A DNA stretch of 64,000 nt, taken from NCBI GenBank assembly GCA_040954595.2, contig CM082590.2, forward strand, positions 11,000,088 through 11,064,087, read 5' to 3'. This stretch comes from Balanoglossus misakiensis. Lineage: Eukaryota > Animalia > Hemichordata. The notes below the pieces were generated by a model, which saw only the letters and a program-made list of their open reading frames with translations, made no database searches and had not been told where the DNA came from. A program made the position numbers and the translations under genes. How positions within the stretch are numbered: position 1 is the stretch's first letter; each line of letters starts with the position of its first letter. This document shows positions 14,701 through 25,943 of the stretch, one piece after another.

Positions 14701-17700
14701 ATGAGTTTAAAATCACCAATCATGCATTGAAATTTAGGGGAAAATATTAAAGGGCCATTGAACTCTACCTTTTTGTTTTGCTACAAGTTAAAATGTGAAA
14801 TTGGTAAACAGAAGACCGGTCAAAATGAGTTTAGTGTTATGAAAATATGAAATTCATATTTTTCTGTTGCTTAGCAACACTGGGATAGATTTCATTTGCT
14901 ACAAAACTACCGTATGTGCATATTTTACTACATTAGTGAGTCGTGCAATGTATTAAAAAGTAATCTATACACTACATCACAAAGTAGTTGTAAGAACGAT
15001 CAATTTTGTCCGTCAAACTACGTTTTAAAAATAGACTAGGATAAATAAGGTGAAACGGAAATAGGTTTGAGTCTACAGATGTTGCAGAGTATTGAAGGTG
15101 AGTGATTCAAAACTAGTCACGCCATTGTTCTGAAGTGGTAACAGTAAAGATTTCAGGAGCTAAGGGTTGTATTGAAACGGTACTAAAGGAGTTATTTTAG
15201 GTTGATCTAAAAAATCATGCAAGGTGTGGTCGATACCTGCACATGCTGAGAAAAAGTTAGTTGGTCATAAAACTCTACCTGTTTGTTTGCCTAGTGAAAG
15301 TGGATTGCAGAAAGAAAATATAAATTGTTCAAAGGAAAAACATCAAGATTATTGTTTTGTTATATTTTCATTATCCTTTTTCTCTAATTGGCCGAAGTAG
15401 TTATCAACAGAAAAAAAGTATTGTAAACTCAGATCTATGAAAATTGGTACACATGAAGATGTCTACCTGAACATAAATAAAACTCATACAAAGTTAGAAC
15501 AACACAAACATATACTAGATGTGTTTAAAACCCCAGTAGATGATTTTCCAATCTGGATGTAAGTTTTAAATATTACGTTATGTTCAACCGACGGCCAACC
15601 ATGGATGACAGAACAAAAATACTGAACATAAAGCCAAAAGTTACAGCATGGTTTAACCATTTCACCCCAGTTCCCTCTTTAGAGGTCCAACTTCACCATA
15701 GAAAACAATGAGTTTGGACTGAACCATGGTGGTGAAAGGGTTAATGGACATGGGCATATGACCATGAATGACCATGCTGGAAGTTCATGGTCATCCATGG
15801 TTACTTTCACTGGGGATTTTGTGCTCACCTTGGTCACCTTCAGAGCTGGGCTCTGGTGAATTCACAGTCACAATGGGAATCAGTTCCTGGTTGTTCTCCT
15901 TGTTCTTGTTTCCTCCAAAGAGACTTTTCACGGAACTCAAGAAGCCACCGGAGTTCTTGACGTTGCCTGCGCTTTTCTTGAAGATGGAGGAGGCACTGTC
16001 TTTGCGAGTCACTTTGATTTCCGGTGGCAGTGGAGATGGGGTGGTTGGCGGTTTGTCCTCCGAGTCCGGGGGCAGTAATGGTCTCAGCAGTTCAGACGCT
16101 GCAGATGGACAAATACGAAAGACATACTCAGAAGAATTTTTAATAATAATAATGGTTTACTTCACCTCAAAAGGGTGGCCTTAGGTCAAATTATAAGAGG
16201 TACAATTCACTCACTTACCAGTACTTTGAGATGAGTTAAGATCTTGCAATTCATTGGTTGAATTGATGGTTTCACCTTGACTGGTTGCCATGGATGCCAG
16301 ACTGGTAGAGGACATTGTCTTCAGAACACTGGCTGTATCTATGAAAGAACGTATTCAATTATAACATTGAGTAAATATTCCATATGTTTCAGCCAACCAA
16401 ATATGTTCAATCAGACATTTCGGTCAATCACATAGCAATGATTAATCAGATGTTTCAGCCAATCAGATGGCAATGATCAATCAGATGTTTCAGCCAATCA
16501 GACGGCAATGTTCAATCAGTTGTTTCGGCAAATCAGACATCAATTAACTTTCCATTGGTTGTTTTGTCAACCAGATATCAAATGTTTCAGCCCATTTGCA
16601 GATACCACAACTGTTTCTCAAGCTCTACCTACCTTTGCTATCACAACTAGAGTCTTTACTGGAGATCTGTGAATCTTTGCTGGATGCATGAGTGTGACTG
16701 TTATCGCTATTTGAACTGGTACTGTTTGGAGTGACGTTACTCTCTGCTGTCAAATTGGTCGAGTTTGTGGACACGGTCTCAGCTGCACTGCTAACACTGC
16801 CTGTTTTACCTGTAAGAACAGAATACTGATAAAGTCTCATCTAGCTCAGAGGGACGAAGTATAAAATATTAAGTGGTGTTGTTACTACGATACTGAGTAG
16901 CAAAATGATACTGTCACGTCCCCAAATGAGTTTCCATTATGAACTATACTGTACATTCTTACCTTTGGAATGCTGTGATTCGTAGGACGCAAGACTTGCA
17001 TTGGAAGCAGTCTTAGGAATTTTACCAGCAGAACCTGAAAATAGAAATAAGTATTAAACCAAAAATGCAGTAACAAGAAAAGAATATTTACACTATTTAC
17101 TGGTAAACAGCAATGGTGGGTTAATGCCTTGGGTTAGTTTCTAATTCTCAGTTTTATTTCTGAGAGAATATTACTGGACAGGATAAGTTCACACAGCAAA
17201 CCTACTTCATAAATAACTAAATTATAGGTAAGATGGGGTCACTCCTTCGAAGGGAAAACTATAAGACGTGTATGGCGTGGACTTAATATTTTGAGGATGG
17301 GAATTTAAAAGGGTGTGCAATGTGCAGAAATATGCAAACTTTTGTGCAACTATTTGTTTTCACACACATAAAACGCAAAACTAAAATATATGAGTCATAA
17401 AAAAATTTGAACAGAAATTGAAAATAAAAGTTGGCAAGAAATTTAGTGTCTTTCATAGACTTATAAAAATTTCAAAACTAAACACCAAAGCACTATTAAA
17501 ATCCACACACTAGGGGTTCCAAGGTTCTGGGGGCTTATGTTAATTTACGGTGCAAGAAAAATGTCAGAAAATTTGACAAAGATTTGAGTCACAAAGCTAA
17601 GGAAACCTTTACGAAAGTCGAGAGGCTTGTATATTTCCTTGAGACTAAGACTCCGAAGAAGGAGCTCGCTTTTCCTGTGTTGACCACCGGAAGCTGATGA

Positions 17701-20700
17701 ATGTGCGGAAAATGGGAAGAAAGATACGACAGTAAACATGCAGAGATGGTGAATGAAAAAGTCTGGAATATGTGTCTGTGTTACTTGTGGGTCTGTGAAG
17801 TCCAAATCACAGCCTTAGCCTCATGAAAAAAGTTCACATTTTGGTGAAAAAATGGTCAGGAATGACGTCAAGGTAATCTACTGCCTATTGGTCCTGGGAG
17901 GACTTTCTTCTCCAATTTCAAAACTGAACATGTGAGGCTGGGTTGTGATTTCAGATTCACAGGCGAGAAATCACAAGAAAACAAGAAAAAAGTAGATGAT
18001 AGTAAAGTTATGTGAAACAGTGTGAAATAGCCCATTCAGATCCTGAAAGAACAAGGATGATTGTTTCTGAACACATGTTTCGGTATCTCAGTTTATCTCA
18101 GAAGCACAAGTCAAAATTCACTGTTGCTACTAAATGATATATTGGAAGTAAAGATTACATACCTTTCTTAGGCTTCTCGTCTTTAGTGGACGTTGGATTG
18201 CCAGCATTCTTTTTCGCTTTTTCGTGCGGTAGTGAAGCCGTCTTTATGCTCTGCACCGATTTATTCACTGGCGGCCGACTCCTTCCTTTTCCACTTCCCG
18301 GTTTCTTCGTGTCGAGTTTGGCTCCGGATTTCCCATCGCTGTCTTTCTTGGAGTGCATTGGTGTCTTGGCCGACGACTGCCTGCTTGGTGTCTTCGTACC
18401 ATCAGTGTTGTCTTGTTGAGTTTCAGTTTTTTCGGCAGTGGTAGCGTTATTGTTCAATGAGACGGAGTTGGTCGTGCCTGCCGTGACAACCGTAGTAACA
18501 ACGCCCTCTGGTGGAGCAGTCACTTCTTCCTCAGGTGATTCCTTTTTGGAAGACTCAGTCGATTGTTTGTCACTGACAGCAACAGGACTAACACCATTCC
18601 CAGTAGGACCGGACTCTGATTTTCCGGGATCACCACTACTTTCCATTTCAGCCGTGGGCACGGTCAACGCAATTGGAATTTTCTTCTCCACCTTCAAGCT
18701 CTTTGTTGAACCAAACTTTTTCTCCGACACCGGTTTCTCCCTAGGAGAATCGGGAAGGGCCAGATCCCTGGGAGACTCCGGCCTCTTGTCCTTTCCAGGC
18801 TCCTTCTTTCCTTCAACTTTATCTGTTTGTTTGGCTGGATCTCCAACTTTCACTTTTTCGTCAACTGCTGCCTTTTCACGTGGAGATTCCGGCGTCCTTC
18901 TCCCCTTTGACAATTCCGGAGTTTTCTTCTCAACCGTAACTTCTGGCAATTTCTTATCCTTGGCCAGATCTTCCTTTTTATCTCTCGGTGAATCCGATGG
19001 TTTGGATGAAGTTGCAGACTTGTCTGGATCTCCACCAATCGTAAAATCGAAGCGAGCCTTTCTGACAGCAGTTGCTGTAGTCGGGGTAGTGCCTGTATAT
19101 TAAAAATATGGTTAAAATCTATTTGTTGAGACTACAAGTTTCCGGGAATAAATTTCATTTTCCAGGACTGTCAAGCATTTTCGCACCGAGTACCAAGAAT
19201 CTTTTCTGCTTGCTTTATCCTACATACCTGTTTCTTTTTCTTTTTCTTTTTCTCTGGGACTAGTGGTCACCGATGGTGGTGATATTTTCTTTTGCACTGG
19301 TCCTGTAACATGAAAAGAGAAGAAACAGTCTGATTGAGTGTTGGCCTAAGAACATGAATAGCCCTAGAGCGTGTGATAGTTTTAATCAATAATTCCAACT
19401 CAGTGCATTTGCAACAGGGTACTTGCTTGTTTCACTACAGAAAATGGATTAAAATGCAAAAAAGTCATGCATTGCATAGTTTTTCTCCAAGTTGAATATG
19501 AAAACCGCCAGAACCGGCCATGCATAATAAGAAATTTATCTGGTCAAAGGGGATAAATTCTGGGGATCTGTCACACAAACCAAAAGCAAAGAATCGTAAG
19601 GAAAATTATTCTAGATTACAACAGAAATCTACTTTGGGATGTCCGGGTTAAATGAGACGCAATTTCTACCTTTTTGAAGAGGTCGTTTTGAAGAAGTGGG
19701 TCGAACTGGTTTCCCTGAAATTTAAATGTAATCATAGATGGAAATTGGGGCAAAAATTTCATCTTTCCGAACCTTACTTTTGTTACATATCAGTTTTAAA
19801 ACCATCAACCCTTAACAGTGTTCTATAAAGTTCTATGAATTGTGAATGCTTCTATAGATTTCAATTGAAAAAGGGTCCAAAACTACATAGAAAGCTATCA
19901 ATATCCATAGAAATGTTGTATATATCTATAGAATTTCATAGGCTATAGAATTCTATAGATGTCTATATAATATATCCATAGAAATGTTGTATATATCTAT
20001 AGAATTTCATAGGCTATAGAATTCTATAGATGTCTATATAATATATCCATAGAAATGTTGTATATATCTATAGAATTTCATAGGCTATAGAATTCTATAG
20101 ATGTCTACAGTGCTCACCTGCAGGGAACTGTGACTCCAACGGCGACTCCTTCAGTGGCTCAGGGGTCCGTAATCTGCTTGATCTCGGACGTCGACCGCTG
20201 AGAGGTCTGGCCAACATGTGTATGATGTCTGGCTCACCGGTGTGAGGGTCAATGTTCATGCTCGCTGCTCGTTCCAAAAAGGTCATGACCTCAGGCCAGC
20301 TAAGACCAAGAGATGAGAGAAGTATTCCAAAAATGACAAGAAAGTTTGGAGTGCTTCTCCCACCTCTGTTGATGGTTGCGACTGTCTGCGAGGTTTCCGA
20401 GGCGAAAACATACATGCATGCATTGCGAAGATGGAAGTGAGAGAAGCATTTAAGAAATGTCATCGTGTGACAAACAGATGCACATTAAATGAGACATTTT
20501 GCACATGAAAGAATTGAGATGTAAGAACGACAAGCATTCTGAAGTGAAAGTCGAAGATCAGAGACATATAGATGAGAGAATTGCATCGCTATGGAAACCA
20601 GGCCAGACAGTGTTGCTAGGTGAGGTCGTGACATCTCAGGAATTTCAAAGACACCACAAAAGAAACCAATTTTGGTTAATCTGCACAACATATAAATTAT

Positions 20701-22961
20701 CCAATAAAAGTTATGATATATGTAATAATAAGCAATAATTGTCAGTATCTTTGCATTTGACACACATAACATAAATACTGGAAAAAAGCCAAAAGTTACA
20801 ACTTGTATCTCGGTAATTGTCTTCTGCCTGATTGACTGACCGTATCTGTCATTTATCCCATACCTGATTTGTCCATTCTTTTCATCATCACATCTGTTCA
20901 GTAAACTGTTCAGAAGAGCTCCATGTACAGGCAAATGCTGTTCATCGGAAATTCTTCTCATCTGAAACATTAAATAAATTTTAAATCACCATAAAAAGTC
21001 AATTCCAAGAAACTAAAGCAGCAAATGCTTCTACAATGTTCCAGCAGTGAGTTTTAACATTTTATGACCATTTCACATACATGGGATGTTTGTACCGGGG
21101 TGTGTGTTCGAATTCCAGATTTCATCTATCCCAAAAACTGAACATACATTCCACCTCATTAGTCTTGAAACATTATTTTAATCTTTCCATCCCCATGGTT
21201 TGGTCCAACACCATTGATAGCAATGACAATGCTGGGCCTCTATACAGTGAAATAGGGGTGAAAGGTTGGAACATCCCTTACCTGTTTCTTGTCAAGCTGA
21301 CCACTTCTCCCCTTGTCTCTGTCTTGGCAGGTCGCTCTCATTTCATCCAAATCAAACTCAGTGCTGTTCTGAAGGGCTCGGTGTAAACGCACCAACATGT
21401 TGATGTCATCAGCATCGTATTCCTCTAGCGATGACGCGTTTAAATGACTGAAACTTTCATTCAACTTGTTGGTTGCCTGGACACTGTCTCGACCTGCATA
21501 TTCAACAATCACAGTACTGACTCTTTAGATGAATTTAAAATCCAAATAATTTCACTGAAAGTTCAGTTTTAGCTACCAAGCGTCTGACCAATTAGTGAGA
21601 ATAAACCTTAGAACAATAAACATCACGCAAATGCTATAGTTTACGTCCTCAAATCAAAGAAAAAGTGGCTTGAGTTTACACAATCGCATGATTTCCATTC
21701 AATTACTGTGTCTCTGTTGTGAAATTCAGAAGTATACTGTTACAAATAAAATAATTTTCACTGAAAGTTTTTCTGTTAATGTCTGTTTTACCAGGAACTT
21801 CTGCACCAAATTTTCGTTGAGAAGCATTGGTTCATTTACCTGTTAACTTCTGTGCCTCCACCATAAACTTCCATAACTTTTCATAATCCACTCCAAACTG
21901 ATCTTCATACTTATTCAGTATCAACTGGAAAATCCTGCCGGATATTTTGATGTTATGTTCGGCAAAAACGCTCCACAGTTCCTTGCCCGTGATGCGGTTC
22001 TCGACATTACCACCAAGTCTTCGAAGACTAATCCTGATTGCTCGTAATCTTTGCCGACTGCAATCTTCAAGCGGTTCTCGTAGTTGATCGCGTAACTCCT
22101 CATCAGGATCAATACCGTCAATCTCTGAAATACAGAAGAGAACCCTGGCTGTAACTGTTGGCTTTCTTTTCCAGTATTTTCTTTCTGTGTACCAAATGTC
22201 ATTTCTGGCCTGGTTGGTGCATGAGCTATGAGAAAATGCAGGATAGATTCTTAACAAGCAGAGCTTGAAATATGATTACAACATACCAGCTAAAGGAGCT
22301 ATTTCTGCTGTTGACAGAGGAAGTCTCCGTTTGGAACTGCCAATTCTCTTTCGTCCACTTGGCTTTCGATCCTGAAAAAATAATCAAGAGAGTCAATTTA
22401 CACAGCAAGATGTCTGGAAACCAATTTGTACTTAGTGCTGTTATCAACAGCTATCAGTTTCACTGGTTGAACAGCATGCTGTTTTATAGTTATTGCTTTA
22501 GGTCTGGAAGCAATTCAATGATATTTACAATGAACAGAGGAATTCTATTGGAACAAAGTAAAAAACCTAGTAATCTGGTACCGTCCGTAATTAACCAATA
22601 TAAATCCTGTCTCTGTAAAAAGTTGTCCGGATGTTTTTGGACTGTCTCTGACAAACATGAAGCTTAGGTTATTCATATCTCTAGCCTAGTCCTAGCTGTA
22701 TTTTGTTCACTTTGCTTCCAAAACTTAGTTTAGATTAGGACTAGGCTAGCATATTACTCTAAAATAATCTGCTCGTTAAATATTATAACTTACATCGTGC
22801 CAGGGGAAGTCCGATGAATTTACACTGGAGTTTAAATTAACACTGGAATTAAGTGACGCGTTAAGTGATCCGGGACTGGCTGCCATCTTCTTAAGTCTAG
22901 AACCCAGACCTGTGGAATTGCGTAAACTGTTGCCATGGTAAATGGTGGGTTTCTGAGGCAT
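773..22961 (-). CDS. EML: Echinoderm microtubule-associated protein-like (EMAP/EML family) gene with N-terminal EF-hand-like module; ~33 coding exons, ~1606 aa if all predicted exons are included
   Basis: Hand-assembled GT-AG exons with consistent phase (minus strand): 22961-22794, 22371-22287, 22124-21840, 21493-21282, 20961-20864, 20299-20118, 19714-19670, 19302-19228, 19092-18163, 17693-17607, 17034-16963, 16809-16633, 16338-16219, 16098-15829, microexons 15290-15279, 14012-14001, 13592-13581, 13193-13182, then 12746-12611, 12077-11928, 11523-11460, 11137-11033, 10578-10492, 10275-10132, 9832-9689, 9435-9322, 9165-9010, 8661-8450, 7959-7862, 7589-7392, 6919-6824, 6602-6472, 904-773. The total of 4821 nt is divisible by 3. 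HELP motif IRGRPLQYYIP...PPKEKLELDWIYGYRGNDCRCN and TAPE WD40 repeats (SIAIHPNRVTVATGQ, DLITGDSNGTIYVW, KFSPDGECLAVGCHD, GHQSAVTGLDWS, LYNYPC, SGKDTCIMQWKI*). Start Met at 22961 is preceded by an in-frame stop. Confidence 0.9.
2681..2716. mobile_element. Solo terminus of the TTAA-flanked (Kolobok-like) MITE family
   Basis: aaaaaagggcagcgagagagagactttgtccct+TTAA is the same terminal inverted repeat seen at 34120-34153 and 51514-52762. Confidence 0.7.
5650..5702. repeat. (GAAT)n microsatellite
   Basis: ~13 perfect tetranucleotide units. Confidence 0.95.
6472..12746 (-). CDS. EML: EML HELP + WD40 (TAPE beta-propeller) exons
   Basis: 14 exons with canonical splice sites translating to the HELP motif and consecutive WD40 repeats; several overlap ORF-track fragments (6430..6678, 7195..7794, 8446..8637, 8929..9138, 9220..9414, 10117..10323). 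Confidence 0.93.
9885..10016 (+). mobile_element. tRNA-derived SINE fragment (intronic, antisense to EML)
   Basis: Pol III A-box-like TAGTCCAGTGG and B-box-like GGGTTTGAGCC, followed by gttgtgtactttgagcaaggcactttac...ccacccag, resembling a CORE/Meta-type SINE central domain; 3' truncated. Confidence 0.7.
11675..11757. repeat. (TGAT)n/(TGAC)n compound microsatellite
   Basis: Directly visible. Confidence 0.95.
13182..13193 (-). CDS. EML: 12-nt microexon (V-E-E-T)
   Basis: ctcactcttttgccag|TGGAGGAAACAG|gtaaag; long pyrimidine tract with TGC next to the 3' splice site; phase 1-1. Confidence 0.7.
13581..13592 (-). CDS. EML: 12-nt microexon (V-V-E-T)
   Basis: catcattctctgctaatctgtag|TCGTGGAAACAG|gtaaat; ~60-nt AG-free pyrimidine tract with TCTCTGC; phase 1-1. 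Confidence 0.72.
14001..14012 (-). CDS. EML: 12-nt microexon (A-L-E-T)
   Basis: tttcgttctatcatgcaaaacacag|CATTGGAAACAG|gtaata; TGC near the acceptor; phase 1-1. Confidence 0.65.
15279..15290 (-). CDS. EML: 12-nt microexon (G-K-Q-T)
   Basis: ttttctttctgcaatccactttcactag|GCAAACAAACAG|gtagag; TGC in the pyrimidine tract; phase 1-1. Confidence 0.62.
15657..15740. mobile_element. 84-bp piggyBac-like MITE
   Basis: TTAA (15653-56) + CCATTTCACC ... GGTGAAAGGG + TTAA (15741-44); a diverged inverted copy lies at ~21179-21268. Confidence 0.7.
15829..19714 (-). CDS. EML: EML low-complexity S/T/K/P-rich disordered linker exons (includes the 930-nt exon 19092-18163)
   Basis: Eight phase 1-1 exons, all multiples of 3 (45, 75, 930, 87, 72, 177, 120, 270 nt); ORF 18155..18949 with repeated (E/D)SPRE motifs. 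The 87-nt exon 17693-17607 has a weaker donor (gtttcc). Confidence 0.8.
16385..16545. repeat. Degenerate ~35-bp minisatellite
   Basis: Repeated aatcagatgtttcagccaatcagatggcaatg-like units. Confidence 0.75.
19901..20108. repeat. 71-bp tandem repeat, ~3 copies
   Basis: atatccatagaaatgttgtatatatctatagaatttcataggctatagaattctatagatgtc at 19901, 19972 and 20043. Confidence 0.9.
20118..22961 (-). CDS. N-terminal exons encoding degenerate EF-hand pairs (C1orf87/DUF5580-like)
   Basis: Spliced translation: ...LRAIRISLRRLGGNVENRITGKELWSVFAEHNIKISGRIFQLILNKYEDQFGVDYEKLWKFM...DRDKGRSGQLDKKQMRRISDEQHLPVHGALLNSLLNRCDDEKNGQISWPEVMTFLERA. Loops DKGRSGQLDKKQ and DDEKNGQISWPE are EF-hand-like. The family assignment is from recalled similarity, not a search. 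Confidence 0.72.
21179..21268. mobile_element. Diverged inverted copy of the 15657-15740 MITE
   Basis: Reverse complement aligns by eye (tttcacccc...tagagg.cca...aatg...ttggac..aaccatgg). Confidence 0.55.
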
Positions 22962-23044
22962 TCTTGGTCAGCGAGGTAGAATTAAAACATGGAGAATCTG
23001 TAATAAGAAGATATAAGAAGTGGGAAAGTTAATGGAATATTGTG

Positions 23045-23297
23045 ATGACGGTGGTGGTGGTGGCGATGGTGATGGTAATGTTGATGATGATGATGATGAT
23101 GATGAGGAGGAGGAGGAGGAGGAGGAGGAGGAGGTGGAGGTGGAGGAGGTGGAGGTGGAGGCGGAGGAGGTTGTGGAGGTGGAGGTGGAGGAGGTGGAGG
23201 AGGAGGTGGAGGAGGAGGCGGAGGCGGAGGTGGAGGTGGAGTTGGAGGAGGAGGAGTTGGAGGAGTTGGAGGAGGAGGAGGAGGAGTTGGAGGAGTT
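23045..23297. repeat. (GGT/GAT/GGA)n trinucleotide low-complexity tract in the intron upstream of the EML first coding exon
   Basis: Directly visible; it produces spurious poly-P, poly-E and poly-S ORFs. Confidence 0.95.
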
Positions 23298-23558
23298 ACA
23301 CAGCACACAAAACTGCCCCAAATGATGCATTTGGTTTTTAATCTCAACTGTTTTTTTCCAGTAGACTCCATCAGTTCATTTGAAAGAGAGAAATTCATCT
23401 CAGACAGACAGCTATACCTGAGGGAATTTTCGCCACTTTACGATCCAATTCAACGACCACAAACCTGTCTTGCTGTCTGCATCTTAATCGCGACAAAGAC
23501 ACTTTCATACATGTACAGTAGCGAATATAGGTTCATACTCTCTCTAATTAAGTTATCC

Positions 23559-25861
23559 GTTGCCATGACAATGCTACACAAATGACCTAAAGGATGTCGA
23601 TTGGTTTTTCTGTTTGTACAGCATAACATGTCACCAGTGTGGCCATACTGAAGAAAGAATTTGCTTCTCCCACGAAAATATTTGTAAGCCACTTGCTTAT
23701 ATTTTTATAGCACAGGTAATTTTTGAGTAACTATAACTACAGATTACAGTGAATGATTTTGATTGTTAAAAAATTAATACTGGTCATGAAATATGGTCAC
23801 CAAAAAAACTGACAGACATCTAACTATGTTTCAATACATTTCATAATTATCACAAGCCAATTTTCTCACCGATGCATTTTTAAACAAACCTACAGGAAAG
23901 ACTTTTTCAAAGTTATTTTTATCACTGTGAGAAAGAGAATCATTTTCTTTCAACACTAACCACATTCTTTGAATAAAAGCAATTTTACCACAGACTATAC
24001 GCCTTTTGCTTTTTTACCAAAGTGCTATTTACACGCATATTAAATTGGTGTTAATCATTTCTGCATTAACAAATAAAAGCTAGTCTGCCATCTCCGGCGT
24101 TAGTGTATTGTTGCCTTGACAACAAATGGCCTGACTTCCTGTTGTTGACCTTCACAGAGTGACATCATATCAAATGTGTTTATAAGTTACCATGGAGATG
24201 ACACTAACCAGCTGAGAGACCTAATATTTGAGGGATATCTGGCTTGGGCCAGTGGAATCTTGTGTTGGCCAGAATCAGGCTTCTCTGTAATATTTGAATT
24301 GCAATGAAAATCTGACAGAATCAAATAAAAAACCCAGCATTAAACTCCCAATTTAGTGTTTAATGTTCCAATCACCCTATCCTAAGTAGACATAGTCTTT
24401 AGATGAATTGTATAAATAAAATATAACTGAGGTTTCTTCTTTTACATAATAAAATATGCAGTATTACTCAGTATCTGGTTTTTCAACATATTTTTATGTC
24501 GTAATCCGCATTGTTACTAATTCTCTCTTACTAAGTTTAAGAGACTATAGGGGTAGCCATTTTGAACATTGCAAGCTGGTATTTTGGTTTTCTAAAACAA
24601 CACAGGATTACCTTTCATTTATTTACCTTCTTCTTTTAAAAAAGCACAGTTTCCAAGATTGTTCTGATGAAGTTTTGCCAATCACTAACACTGTCATTGG
24701 TTTACAAAATAGAAAATCTCTAACAGGGTTGGAATCTCATTATCGTACATGAATGAACGACCCTGGGACCTCAACAGAATAGAATTCTAAAACACTTCTC
24801 CGCACAGATGCATTTAAAGGATCAAATTTATTGTGCTAACTCCTGGAGTTACACAAAATCGACTTGGGTTTCAGAAAACAACTCATACTGAGTTCACAAA
24901 GAGTGGCTTTTCATACTCTGTGGTTGAAACCTGTATATTAACAATCAGACATTTTCTGTGAAGAAACCACACTCTTGAGAAAGTGTCGAAATTAAATATG
25001 GCTAAAAATGACCAATTTGTGGGGAAATAATATAACAAATCTAATATAACAAATCTACTTTTTTCAATCATGCTTTTGGTCATGCAATCTGGTCAGTAAA
25101 ACGTTTTAAAAAAATGCCTATTCCAGAGAACAATAACGATCCTTCCACTCTGCTTGAAATGATTAAAATGATTAAAATGATTGGAAACCAGATGCCAGTG
25201 CAAATATTGAATTAATATTACACAAATAAAATTTACAAAAGGGCATATCAGATCACATTTAAAATGTTTAAAAATAGTCTGTACTAAACTTGGTAACTGT
25301 TTTTAGCTTGAGTTAAAAATATTCTTGTTACTAGCAAGAACAAAAATAATTTAGATTATTTCACAATGAATATTAGAGTCAACTTACGCAATGTGTTACT
25401 GATGAAGACCTAGACTACAACCATATGGCTTATACCGGTACTTACTCGAATTCACAAAAAGCATCTCCATATTGCTAGTGATGATTTCACATAACAACAT
25501 CATAATTAACAATCTACGAGATCATCGCTGATTTACGACTTAATTTGTTGTTACGCAGTCAGTTTCTACGCCCAGTCCCCTTGGTGCAGACTTTTGATTA
25601 CAGTGGGTGAAACAGTTGCTATGGAAACCACGGAAAATGTCAACAGCAGTGATGGCAGGGAATGGATTAAATATCTGGCATGACATGTGTTGAATACAAA
25701 TTAACCCAGTGTCTATAAACGATATTGGACATTATTTGTCGTGTGTCCTGGGGCGTCTACATTTTTTGAGGCCATGGGTTTCTCATGTTATTATTCTATC
25801 TCTTTTTCTTTCTCCCTCATCCTCTGTCTTCCTCACTCTCTTTTCTATCTCTCCCTCCCCA

Positions 25862-25943
<82 letters not shown>

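Noticed and set aside
17882-17893. Further 12-nt microexon candidate GACCAATAGGCA
   Set aside because: Purine-rich acceptor region and weak donor (CA|gtagat).
18438-19103. Plus-strand 221-aa ORF (also 15768..16184 and 9967..10650)
   Set aside because: Antisense shadows of EML exons.
22968-23398. Poly-Pro, poly-Glu, poly-Ser and Arg/Trp ORFs
   Set aside because: All are translations of one trinucleotide repeat tract lying upstream of acceptor 22997; there is an in-frame stop before the EML start.
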